Of a DNA stretch of 64,000 nt, positions 26,901 to 35,225 are shown in pieces (within the stretch, counting starts at the first letter, position 1; each line of letters starts with the position of its first letter). The stretch is from Lentisphaerota bacterium. Lineage in GTDB: Bacteria > Verrucomicrobiota > Kiritimatiellia > RFP12 > UBA1067. Location of the stretch: positions 10,652 to 74,651 of the forward strand of contig SUWC01000005.1 of NCBI GenBank assembly GCA_015061665.1. The letters are read 5' to 3'. Below the pieces are notes generated by a model that searched no databases, was not told the origin of the DNA, and saw only the letters and a list, made by a program, of their open reading frames with translations. Position numbers and translations under genes: made by a program.

Positions 26901-27805
26901 TTGCGGTCGAATATCTTGATGAATGTTTCGGACTTGAGGCGGTCGAGCCAGCGGTCGTACAGCTCCTTGGTCAGCTTGGAGCGCACTGCGGCCTCCACAT
27001 CGGCGTAAGCCTCCTCAAACGTCTTGCCATGCGCGGGAGTTTCGCTTTCCTTGCGGACCAGGAAGCTCCAGCCGTCGATGTCGATCCACTCTGACGTCTC
27101 GCCGACCTTTGTGCCGTCGATCGCCTCGCACATGCGCGGGTTGAACTCGTCCTCAGGATGGATGTCCTTGTAAAGGCCACCGGCCTCCGCGTTCGCGCCG
27201 GCGGAGAAGCGCTTTGCGACTTCGCCGAACTTCTCCTCCTTGAGCGCCGCGTCGACTTCGCCGCGCTTTGCCGCGTCGTCTGGCTTGAGGACTATGACGG
27301 AGATCGTGACCTTGCCAGGCGCGAGGTAGTTGCCGGCGTTTTCGTCGTACTCGCTGCGCATCGCGGAAGGCGAGGCGGCGACGTTCTTCTCGACCATGTT
27401 CCAGCGCATGGCGGCGACGATCAGGTCGTCCTTGATGCGCTGGCGGAAGTCGGCGTACGAGAGCTTGTCGCGCGACAGGGACGCGATGAGCTTGTTGCGG
27501 TCGCCGTCGAACGACGAGTCGATGATCTCGCGCACCCTGTTGTCGACGATCCAGTCCTGCATCGTGAGCTTGGACGTCGTGGCGGCCTTCAGGATGAGCT
27601 TCCTGTCGATCATGCGGTTGAGCACGTCGTCGTAGCCAAGGCCAGCCTTGGCGCCGAACCTGGCAAGCTCGGTCTCGACCTCGCTCCTCAGGATGGCCGA
27701 CGAACCGACGGTGGCGGCGATGCCGTCCACCTCAACGGCCAGGGCGCAGCATGATGCAAGCATGGCGACGCCCGTTGCTACTAGTGATTTATTCAATTTT
27801 CTCAC
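26897..27805 (-). CDS. Peptidyl-prolyl isomerase, SurA/PrsA (parvulin) type; probable lipoprotein
   Basis: It has a signal peptide with lipobox (MLASC), a SurA-N-like helical region and a parvulin-like block (ISVIVLKPDD...FGEVAKRFSAGANAEAGG). The start is GTG. Confidence 0.6.
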   Translation of the reverse strand: MRKLNKSLVATGVAMLASCCALAVEVDGIAATVGSSAILRSEVETELARFGAKAGLGYDDVLNRMIDRKLILKAATTSKLTMQDWIVDNRVREIIDSSFDGDRNKLIASLSRDKLSYADFRQRIKDDLIVAAMRWNMVEKNVAASPSAMRSEYDENAGNYLAPGKVTISVIVLKPDDAAKRGEVDAALKEEKFGEVAKRFSAGANAEAGGLYKDIHPEDEFNPRMCEAIDGTKVGETSEWIDIDGWSFLVRKESETPAHGKTFEEAYADVEAAVRSKLTKELYDRWLDRLKSETFIKIFDRK

Positions 27806-27821
27806 CTTCGAAAGCCCTGGA

Positions 27822-29108
27822 TCAGATCATGGCTGCGATCGCGGCGCCCACCATCGGTGCGTCGTCGACCTGCGGCGTGATTGCATAGTGGATGTTGCGG
27901 CGGCGGACGAGCATCTCGTCCAGCTCGCGCGCGACGACTCCCGCAAACGGAATGGCCCTCGTCTTGTAGTAGGTCGATCCGTCGGCGTTGATTGCGACGG
28001 GCGACTCGGGATCGTCGCCCTTGCCGGTCTGGATGACGAACGCGGCGAGGTGGATCGCCGTGAGCGTGGCCGCGCGCTCGAAGACGGGGATGCCGAGCCT
28101 GCGCGCCATCTTGGCGCTGTCGGAATCCGCGAAGATCGCGTCGAGAACGTTCTCGCGCCCTTCCTTCTTGAACGAGGCGCAGAAATTGTCGAAGTCCATC
28201 GTCTCAAGGTGTCCGATGCCGCGTATCGCGTCGCCGACCTTCTTCGAGAAGAGACCTTCCTTGGCGGCAGCCTTGTAGATCTCAAGCCCGATGTCGCCGA
28301 GGTACGCGCCGGAGATCATCTTCTCGAGAAGCTGGAAGCCGACGTTGCCCGACTTGGAGTCGAGGGCCTTGTCGAAGTCGCTCTGGGGGAACTTGGAGAA
28401 GCCGCCGGACTCCGCGTTGATGATCATCGAGCCCTCAGGGTCGAGGTCGGAAAGCTTCTTGATGTTGGCGTTGCTCTCGACGTAGGCCGCGTTCGTCCCC
28501 GTGCCGAGGATGAAGCCGATGTAGGAGGAGTAGGTCTTGTCGCCTTCGGTCGCCTTCGCTGCGAGAAGCGTCGCGACGGTGTCGTTGACGATTGCGATCT
28601 CGCCGCCGCCAAGGCGCTTGAGAAGCTCCGCGCCGACGCTCTGACCGACAATCGAGGGCGCCTTGATGTTCTTCGTCCAGCGCACGAGCTTCGCGTCGAG
28701 CGAACGGGTAGCCTCGGCGGGATACGAGAAGCACCAGCCGATCTTCGAGACGTTGGCGGAGGGACGCAGCCTCTTCACCTCTTCGGCGAACGCGCCGTAG
28801 AACTCCTCCTCGCCGACCTCGAACTTCGTGCCAGGCATGGGCTGGTTGCGCTTCTCCTCGATCTGCGGGGGTATGGAGACGATTCCGCCGCGGAAGTTCG
28901 TGCCGCCCGCGTCAAGGACGACCGCCTTCGCGCCCTGCGGGACCTTGCCGGTGACGCTAACGAAGGTCGGTATCATCATGAGGGACGACGGCTTGCCCTC
29001 CAGCCCCTTCTTCATCTCGTCCATGAACGCCGCGACCAGCGCCTGGCGGTCAATGTCGTCCGCAAGCGTGAAGCCGTGATCCTTGAGAAACTCTTCAGGT
29101 GTTTTCAT
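27822..29108 (-). CDS. Hexokinase-family sugar kinase
   Basis: VVLDAGGTNFRGG matches the hexokinase LDLGGTNFR phosphate-1 motif. GFILGTGTNAAY and NAESGGF are also present. Confidence 0.75.
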   Translation of the reverse strand: MKTPEEFLKDHGFTLADDIDRQALVAAFMDEMKKGLEGKPSSLMMIPTFVSVTGKVPQGAKAVVLDAGGTNFRGGIVSIPPQIEEKRNQPMPGTKFEVGEEEFYGAFAEEVKRLRPSANVSKIGWCFSYPAEATRSLDAKLVRWTKNIKAPSIVGQSVGAELLKRLGGGEIAIVNDTVATLLAAKATEGDKTYSSYIGFILGTGTNAAYVESNANIKKLSDLDPEGSMIINAESGGFSKFPQSDFDKALDSKSGNVGFQLLEKMISGAYLGDIGLEIYKAAAKEGLFSKKVGDAIRGIGHLETMDFDNFCASFKKEGRENVLDAIFADSDSAKMARRLGIPVFERAATLTAIHLAAFVIQTGKGDDPESPVAINADGSTYYKTRAIPFAGVVARELDEMLVRRRNIHYAITPQVDDAPMVGAAIAAMI

Positions 29109-29931
29109 CGTTTAGACCTCTGCATATTTCTATCCATAGTTCGTTGGAGATTTCCTCCGCCCTTAGTGTAGATTGTATCATATCTTTGAAGATGCTGCCA
29201 AGTTGCTTCCTGCGGTGCTCAAAGGCCCTCTTTGTGAAATTGTAGAAAAAAGCCCTGTTTTCCGCAGAAAAAGACAAATTTCGGTCGTGCCGGGTCAGAC
29301 GCACCACGCTCGAGCCGATCTCCGGTCTCGGCCAGAAACAGGACGCGGCGACCTTGCGCACCAGCTTGACGTCGAAGTCAAGCTGCGTCCAGACGCCGGC
29401 GAGTCCGCGCGTCTTGGACCCCTCGCGCGCCACAAGGCGGTCCGCCACCTCGGACTGCACCAAGACCGTCATCGCGGGGAAGGCTCGCTTCTGGACGAAC
29501 TCGAGGAGGATGCGCGTGCCAGCCTGGTACGGAAGGTTGGAGACCATCGCGTCGAACGAGGAGAGGTCGACGCCGAACTTCTCCGGATGCGCGGCTACCT
29601 GGACGGCATCGACTTCGATGACGGTCAGCCGCTCCGGCCTGCCAAGCGACTCGGCAAGGCGCGCCGCAAGCACGGGGTCCTTCTCCACGGCCACGACCTC
29701 GCAGCCGCGCGAGAGCATCTCCTCCGTCAGGACGCCGAGTCCAGGGCCGATCTCCATCACGCGCAGAGGCTTGCCCTCGCCCGCATGGGGCGTGCACCCC
29801 TCCAGCCCTGCGTCGACTATCGCCGTCAGCACGTTCCTGTCGATGAGAAAATTCTGGCCCATCGTCTTGTTCGGATGGAATTCGTGCTCTATGCACCACG
29901 CCTTTACCTGGCTCGGACTAGTAAGGTTCAT
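29095..29931 (-). CDS. rsmA: 16S rRNA (adenine1518/1519-N6)-dimethyltransferase
   Basis: MGQNFLID, MEIGPGLGVLTE and NLPY are present. The start was trimmed to ATG 29931, which follows an AGGAGA SD and lies downstream of the preceding stop. Confidence 0.85.
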   Translation of the reverse strand: MNLTSPSQVKAWCIEHEFHPNKTMGQNFLIDRNVLTAIVDAGLEGCTPHAGEGKPLRVMEIGPGLGVLTEEMLSRGCEVVAVEKDPVLAARLAESLGRPERLTVIEVDAVQVAAHPEKFGVDLSSFDAMVSNLPYQAGTRILLEFVQKRAFPAMTVLVQSEVADRLVAREGSKTRGLAGVWTQLDFDVKLVRKVAASCFWPRPEIGSSVVRLTRHDRNLSFSAENRAFFYNFTKRAFEHRRKQLGSIFKDMIQSTLRAEEISNELWIEICRGLNDENT

Positions 29932-29954
29932 CTTGTCTCCTGTGTCAAAAAAGT

Positions 29955-31820
29955 CTAAAACACCCTGTCGAGGATGCTGACGTAGTCCCACTTCGGGTCT
30001 CCGGCCGAGCCCGAGGCCTTGAACTCCAGCAGCAGCTTCGTGAACGGGAACGTTATGGGATGGATGAGCTTGCCCATAAGCGACTCCTTCTTCATGAACT
30101 GGACGCGCACGACCAGATCGAGGTCGTCCGCCCCGATGTCGTAGCTGCCGTAGCCCTTGAGCGAGAGAAGCCCGCCTTCAAGGTACAGGTTCTCCGTCCG
30201 CATAACGCCGTTGGACACCGTGAAGTCCGCCGAGGCGTCCGTCTGGTTCACTATGTAGCTCACCCCGGGCACCTTCTCCGCCAGCAGCGATGTCAGCCCC
30301 GCGAAGAGATTCATCTGGAGGAGATGCCCCTCTGCGACCGTGACGGACCCTGCGCCGTTGAGGCGCGACGCCGTGTTGGTGCCGACGATGCCCGACATCT
30401 CGATGTGCGCGTTCACCTTGCCGCTGCGCCCCGCAAGCGCCATGTCCATGAGGTCCGAAAGCTCGTCCAGCTCGCCGTGCTTGTAGTCGGTCGTCACCGA
30501 AAACGCGACGTTCGTCTCGTCCTTGAAGTCGTTGAAGTCAAGCCTGCCCGTGCAGGTAAAAGAACCGCCCTTCTTTCCGACGGCGCGTACGCGCTTGAAG
30601 TCGAGGATGTCGCGCTTGAAGTCGTAGTCGAACTCGCAGTTGTGCAGCTTCAGGCCCTGCAGCGTCGCACGGGGAATGTGGACGCTCCCCTCGATGTCGT
30701 TCCACTCTATGTCCCGCAGGTCCGTGCCGAAGTGTCCGCGCGCTATGACCGTCGGCGCGGTCTCGCAGACTATGAAGTCCAGCAGCGACGGATCAAGGAA
30801 GTCCGAAATGGCCAGGATGTCCGACAGCGCGAGGTCGCTCCTGACGTCCAGGTTGACGCGCGGCAGGTCGTTCGTGGACGTTATGTCGAGCGCTCCGGCA
30901 AGCTTGCGCCCATTCGGGTCGACCGCAACCGGGAGGTCTATTTTCACAAACGCGTTGCAGTTCGTCCCGCGTATCCTGCTCGAAACGTCTATCTCCCCGT
31001 TCGCGCGGCTCATGCGCACGCCGTTGTAGCGCCCAAGCTCCGGACGAAGCCACAGCTTCATGTCGAAGTCGAGGTTGCGGAGGTTCACGTCGAATTCCGC
31101 CTGCACCGGAATCGGCTTCACGACCTGCGTGAACGCATCGAAGTACGGAAGCGCGCACGGAATGTCCAGCGCGACGAGATGCGGGCGGATGTGGTGCTGC
31201 AGGGCCGTCCCGCGCAGACGCGCCGCAAACCTCTGGCTGATGAAGTCGACGCGCAGTCCGCCTGTCACGGACATGCGGGGCTTGCGCTCGGGCCAGACGA
31301 CGTGTATGTTGTCCATCGTCACGGCCCTTCTCGATATCTTGACCCGCCCTGACGCCGACTCCGGTTCGATTCCAAGTATCTGCGGCCTTTCGAGCACAAG
31401 GTCAAACTCAGGGACGTCGCGAAGCTCGATGTCGCAGTCAAGGTTCCGCTCGCTGAACTCGGGCGCGTAGTAGCTGTCGGGCAGGCGAAGGTACTTCGCG
31501 CCAAACACCGTGATGCGACGCGTGAACGGATTGACCCGAACCCATCCCGCGCTCGCTATCGTGGAGACGGCGTTCGACTCGCCGCAGTCGTACACCCGAA
31601 CGCCGGAGATGTCCAGCCCGCCCCTGAACCCGAACGCGGCGCGCTCGCAGCGCACGAGCAGCCCGTCGCACGAAATCCTGTCGCATGCCTTGTCCACCCA
31701 GCTCTTGGGAATCCTCTGGTCTCGAAAAAACAGGCTTGCGACAAAAATCAAAAGAACGATGAAGATTGCCTTCACCGTTCCCTTCGCGAAACGTAATACT
31801 TTCTTAGCCTTGCTGCTCAC
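29955..31820 (-). CDS. Large membrane-anchored AsmA/YhdP-like protein (putative envelope lipid-transport family)
   Basis: It has an N-terminal TM anchor and a long beta-rich body. The C-terminal block (GYGSYDIGADDLDLVVRVQF...EFKASGSAGDPKW) resembles the AsmA_2 C-terminal region. The start is GTG. Confidence 0.45.
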   Translation of the reverse strand: MSSKAKKVLRFAKGTVKAIFIVLLIFVASLFFRDQRIPKSWVDKACDRISCDGLLVRCERAAFGFRGGLDISGVRVYDCGESNAVSTIASAGWVRVNPFTRRITVFGAKYLRLPDSYYAPEFSERNLDCDIELRDVPEFDLVLERPQILGIEPESASGRVKISRRAVTMDNIHVVWPERKPRMSVTGGLRVDFISQRFAARLRGTALQHHIRPHLVALDIPCALPYFDAFTQVVKPIPVQAEFDVNLRNLDFDMKLWLRPELGRYNGVRMSRANGEIDVSSRIRGTNCNAFVKIDLPVAVDPNGRKLAGALDITSTNDLPRVNLDVRSDLALSDILAISDFLDPSLLDFIVCETAPTVIARGHFGTDLRDIEWNDIEGSVHIPRATLQGLKLHNCEFDYDFKRDILDFKRVRAVGKKGGSFTCTGRLDFNDFKDETNVAFSVTTDYKHGELDELSDLMDMALAGRSGKVNAHIEMSGIVGTNTASRLNGAGSVTVAEGHLLQMNLFAGLTSLLAEKVPGVSYIVNQTDASADFTVSNGVMRTENLYLEGGLLSLKGYGSYDIGADDLDLVVRVQFMKKESLMGKLIHPITFPFTKLLLEFKASGSAGDPKWDYVSILDRVF

Positions 31821-31871
31821 TCTGCCGCCGTTCCTTGAATTGGAGGATTCACCATTTCTACTTCTACCTTT

Positions 31872-31946
31872 TGGCAGCCCCTAGGAGAGTCGAACTCCTC
31901 TTACCTGGATGAGAACCAGATGTCCTAGCCGATAGACGAAGGGGCC
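31872..31946 (-). tRNA. tRNA-Glu (anticodon CTC)
   Basis: The minus strand reads GGCCCCTTCGTCTATCGGCTAGGACATCTGGTTCTCATCCAGG...TTCGACTCTCCTAGGGGCTGCCA. It folds as a cloverleaf colinear with E. coli tRNA-Glu, with anticodon loop TTCTCAT. The 1:72 pair is G.U, and CCA is encoded. Confidence 0.9.
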
Positions 31947-31954
31947 AGCTTGCT

Positions 31955-32039
31955 TGGTGCACCCGGTGGGATTTGAACCCACACACCTTGCGGCACCAGA
32001 ACCTGAATCTGGCGTGTATGCCAATTTCACCACGGGTGC
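31955..32039 (-). tRNA. tRNA-Leu (anticodon CAG), long variable arm
   Basis: The acceptor pairs GCACCCG with CGGGTGC. The anticodon arm is CCAGA-TTCAGGT-TCTGG and the T arm is GTGGG-TTCAAAT-CCCAC. CCA is encoded. Confidence 0.9.
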
Positions 32040-32050
32040 TACGGGGACAT

Positions 32051-32061
32051 AGTATATCACA
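32051..32061 (-). promoter_or_regulatory. Extended -10 promoter for tRNA-Leu and tRNA-Glu
   Basis: The minus strand reads TGTGATATACT. It ends 11 nt before the tRNA-Leu 5' end. Confidence 0.6.
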
Positions 32062-32173
32062 ATTCGCTTCCGCCGCGCAAGGGGGTAAATGAAGAAAAGT
32101 GAAAAAAAATATTTTTCCTACGCGCGTTGGCCGTAGACAAAATCAAGTGCCTCTTAAGTTATGCGCCGGAAAA

Positions 32174-32182
32174 TGATATAAT
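32174..32182 (+). promoter_or_regulatory. Extended -10 promoter for trpS (leaderless geometry)
   Basis: The plus strand reads TGATATAAT. The hexamer ends 7 nt before ATG 32190. Confidence 0.6.
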
Positions 32183-32189
32183 AATCGCC

Positions 32190-33164
32190 ATGAAAAAAAG
32201 AATACTTACGGGAATCCAGCCGTCCGGCAAGCTCCACTGGGGCAACTATTTCGGTGCGATGAAGTCCATGTTCGACCTTCAGGCGAAGGGCGAGGACATG
32301 TTCATGTTCATAGCGAACTTCCACGCGCTGACCACGGTGCGCGACGGCAAGGCGCTGAAGGACGCGACCCGCGAAGTCGCGCTCGACTACCTGGCATGCG
32401 GACTCGACCCGGCGAAGACTGTCGTATACCGCCAGAGCGACGTGCCCGAGGTGCAGGAGCTGGCGTGGTACCTCTCGTGCCTCTGCCCCATGGGGCTCCT
32501 GGAGCGCTGCCACAGCTACAAGGACAAAATGGCCCACGGCTTCGACGCTACGCACGGCCTGTTCGCATATCCCGTCCTCATGGCGGCCGACATCCTGATC
32601 ATGAACGCCGACCTCGTTCCCGTCGGGAAGGACCAGAAGCAGCACCTAGAAGTGACGCGCGACCTCGCCCAGAAGTTCAACAACGCCTACGGCGAGATCT
32701 TCAAGCTGCCTGACGCCTACATACCGGAGACGGTAGCGACGATCCCGGGGACCGACGGACAGAAGATGTCCAAGTCCTACCACAACACGATCGAGCTCTT
32801 CGACGTGTCGGCGAAGAAGAAGGTCATGGGCATCGTCACGGACTCCAAGACTATGGAAGAACCCAAGGAGCCCGAGGGCAACTCGATCTACGAACTGTAC
32901 AAGCTCTTCGCGACGCCCGAGGAAGTCGCGGAAATGGCTGCCGCGTTCCGCGCGGGCGGATACGGATACGGACACGCCAAGAAGGCGCTTCTGGCGGCGT
33001 ACCACCGCCTGTTCGATCCGTTCAAGGAAAGGCGCGAGCAGCTCGCAAAGGACCCCTCCGCGCTGGAGGACGTCCTCCGCGAAGGCGCGCGCAAGGCACG
33101 CGAATCGGCCGCGCCGATCATGGAGAAGGTCCGCTCGGCCGTCGGCATCATAACTGCATCCTGA
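32190..33164 (+). CDS. trpS: Tryptophan--tRNA ligase
   Basis: It carries QPSGKLHWGNYFG (HIGH-type) and KMSKS. The start was trimmed to MKKRILTG, because the longer TTG-initiated ORF has no support. Confidence 0.95.
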   Translation: MKKRILTGIQPSGKLHWGNYFGAMKSMFDLQAKGEDMFMFIANFHALTTVRDGKALKDATREVALDYLACGLDPAKTVVYRQSDVPEVQELAWYLSCLCPMGLLERCHSYKDKMAHGFDATHGLFAYPVLMAADILIMNADLVPVGKDQKQHLEVTRDLAQKFNNAYGEIFKLPDAYIPETVATIPGTDGQKMSKSYHNTIELFDVSAKKKVMGIVTDSKTMEEPKEPEGNSIYELYKLFATPEEVAEMAAAFRAGGYGYGHAKKALLAAYHRLFDPFKERREQLAKDPSALEDVLREGARKARESAAPIMEKVRSAVGIITAS

Positions 33165-33281
33165 AACAAAAAGAGACTGACGAAGAAAAGAGCAGTCCTA
33201 CATGCGCAAGGACGCCTCCAGGGCACCAAAAACTAGCCCCGAAAGCGTCCTCGCATTCGCCCTTCGCGAAATCAGACGGCC

Positions 33282-34373
33282 TTAGCCGTTCTTCTTCTCG
33301 AAGTCCTTCATGAACTCGACGAGAGCATCAACGCCGGCCATCGGGAAGGCGTTGTAGATCGTCGCGCGGATACCGCCGACGGAGCGGTGCCCCTTCAGCG
33401 AGCTCATTCCCAGCTTCTTGGCCTCGTCGACGAAAAGCTTGTCGAGGTCGGCGTTCGGCGTCGTGAACGTGACGTTCATGTTCGAGCGGAACTCGGGAAG
33501 AGCCGTTCCCTTGTAGAACCCGGACGCGTCGATGACGTCGTAGATCTTCTTCGCCTTCTGGTCGTTGAGCTTGAAGAGGTTCTCCTTGCCCATCTTCTTG
33601 ACCCACTTCATGACTTCGCCGAAGATGTAGATCGCGAAGGTCGGAGGAGTGTTGTAGAGCGAGTCGTTGTCGACGTGGGTGCGGTACTGGAGCATCGTGG
33701 GGATGTTCGCGGCGCCCTTGGCGGCAAGCTCCTTCTTGATTGCAACGACAGCCATGCCGGCGGGACCGAGGTTCTTCTGCGCACCGGCGTAGAAGAGGTC
33801 GAACTTGTTGAAGTCACGGTCGATGCCGAGGATGTCGGACGACATGTCGGCGAAGAGCGGCCCCTTGACCTCGGGGATCTTCTTGAGCTGCGCGCCGGAA
33901 ATCGTCTCGTTGGTGCAGATGTGCGTGTAGGCTGCGTTGTCGGAGAACTTCCACTCCGCGTCGGTGGGCATGCGGGTGGGGATGTCCTTCGCGCAGTTGG
34001 CGACGGTGTTGACGGTCGCGCCGCGGAGGTCTGCGATGATCTTCGCCTCCTTGAGCGCCTTGCCCGACCATGTTCCCTGGTTGGCGTAGTCGGCGGTCTG
34101 GCCGGCGGCGAGGAAGTTCATCGGGATCATGGCGAACTGCTGGCTGCCGCCGCCCTGGATGAATACGACCTCGTAGTCGTCGCCTATGCCGCAGAGCTCC
34201 TTGAAATTGGCCTTCGCCTCGGCGTGGATGACGGGATAGTCCTTGCCGCGGTGGGACATCTCCATCACCGACATTCCGGTTCCCTTGTAGTCGACAAGAT
34301 CGTTCTGGACCTGCTGGAGGACCTCCAGAGGAAGCGTGGCGGGACCCGCCGAGAAGTTGTATGCGCGCGACAT
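33282..34373 (-). CDS. serC: Phosphoserine aminotransferase
   Basis: The N-terminus reads YNFSAGPATLP, and the body is a class-V aminotransferase of 363 aa. Confidence 0.9.
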   Translation of the reverse strand: MSRAYNFSAGPATLPLEVLQQVQNDLVDYKGTGMSVMEMSHRGKDYPVIHAEAKANFKELCGIGDDYEVVFIQGGGSQQFAMIPMNFLAAGQTADYANQGTWSGKALKEAKIIADLRGATVNTVANCAKDIPTRMPTDAEWKFSDNAAYTHICTNETISGAQLKKIPEVKGPLFADMSSDILGIDRDFNKFDLFYAGAQKNLGPAGMAVVAIKKELAAKGAANIPTMLQYRTHVDNDSLYNTPPTFAIYIFGEVMKWVKKMGKENLFKLNDQKAKKIYDVIDASGFYKGTALPEFRSNMNVTFTTPNADLDKLFVDEAKKLGMSSLKGHRSVGGIRATIYNAFPMAGVDALVEFMKDFEKKNG

Positions 34374-34466
34374 ATCTTTAGCCTTTCGTTTTGTTAGAGT
34401 TTATCGTTTTTGGTTGTTCCGCCCACTCCAAAGAGATTATCAGCTGGAGCGGGCTTTGAAATTACT

Positions 34467-34474
34467 ATTATACT
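34467..34474 (-). promoter_or_regulatory. Candidate -10 element for serC
   Basis: The minus strand reads AGTATAAT, about 93 nt upstream of ATG 34373. It has no TG extension. Confidence 0.35.
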
Positions 34475-34515
34475 ACTTTCCGTCAAAACGCGCAACCGCG
34501 GTTGCACCCTTCGGC

Positions 34516-34530
34516 AAAAAATGATATACT
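34516..34530 (+). promoter_or_regulatory. Extended -10 promoter for the secreted-protein / hyf-like operon
   Basis: The plus strand reads AAAAAATGATATACT. It lies in the AT-rich divergent intergenic region. Confidence 0.5.
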
Positions 34531-34585
34531 ATGCGCTTCAAATTTGGAGAGAAACGCATTCAACCTGACAATAATGAGGAAAACT

Positions 34586-35212
34586 ATGAAAAAATTCCTG
34601 TTTATGGTGATGTGGTGCGTTGTGCTTGCGATTGGTGCGGCAGCCCAGGAGTCACCTCTGTCTGAGCTGAACAAGCAGATTGCCACAGTCCGCGAAGAGA
34701 TCAGGGTGGCGATCAGGCAGAACCCCCGCGTCTACTACCAGGACGAAGACAATCCGACGATGAACATCGAGCGCCGGCTTGGCAACACGCGCATCAACCG
34801 CGAGTACTACTGCCCGTACCACCGCGGATTCCGCTACCACAACGACATCTGCGGCATCTACCTCGTGGACCGCTACCACAGGCCCGCCGGCGTCAACCCC
34901 GGCAGCGGATGCCCCGCGCTGTCCAACAACATCACCGGCTACCCCGTGTGGAAGAAGCTCGTCGAGAAAGTCGTAGTCACCGAGCAGAAGGAAAAGGAAA
35001 TCGCCGATCTGAAGGCCAAGCTGCAGGACCTTCTCGACCGCCGCGCCATAGTCGCGCGAGCCGAGGCGTCGATGGAAAAGGCGGCGCAGGAAGCCAACCC
35101 GGAGGAGCCGACCTCCAACCCGACAGTTATCGTCCTCCCCAAAATAAAGGTTTCCGAGCTTTACTCGAAGAAGGAAATCCGCTACAACGGCTACATTATC
35201 CAAATGGAGTAG
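34586..35212 (+). CDS. Secreted hypothetical protein with a Cys/His-rich motif and a C-terminal coiled coil
   Basis: It has the signal peptide MKKFLFMVMWCVVLAIGAAAQE and a GAGGA SD 7 nt upstream, with an alternative ATG at 34574. The motif YYCPYHRGFRYHNDICGIY...GSGCP is present. A 13-nt gap separates it from the hyfB-like gene. Confidence 0.5.
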   Translation: MKKFLFMVMWCVVLAIGAAAQESPLSELNKQIATVREEIRVAIRQNPRVYYQDEDNPTMNIERRLGNTRINREYYCPYHRGFRYHNDICGIYLVDRYHRPAGVNPGSGCPALSNNITGYPVWKKLVEKVVVTEQKEKEIADLKAKLQDLLDRRAIVARAEASMEKAAQEANPEEPTSNPTVIVLPKIKVSELYSKKEIRYNGYIIQME

Positions 35213-35225
35213 CCGCCGCAACAAA

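Noticed and set aside
33165-33281. A possible terminator between the convergent trpS and serC genes.
   Set aside because: Only short or long-loop pairings (GTCCT/AGGAC and AGGACGC/GCGTCCT with a ~30-nt loop) are present. No adjacent U-tract follows, so I cannot support a call.
34374-34466. A 9-bp hairpin (CCCGCTCCA / TGGAGTGGG) in the serC leader, considered as a possible riboswitch or attenuator.
   Set aside because: No U-tract, no alternative pairing and no resemblance to a known riboswitch class was seen. A single stem in a GC-rich leader is weak evidence.
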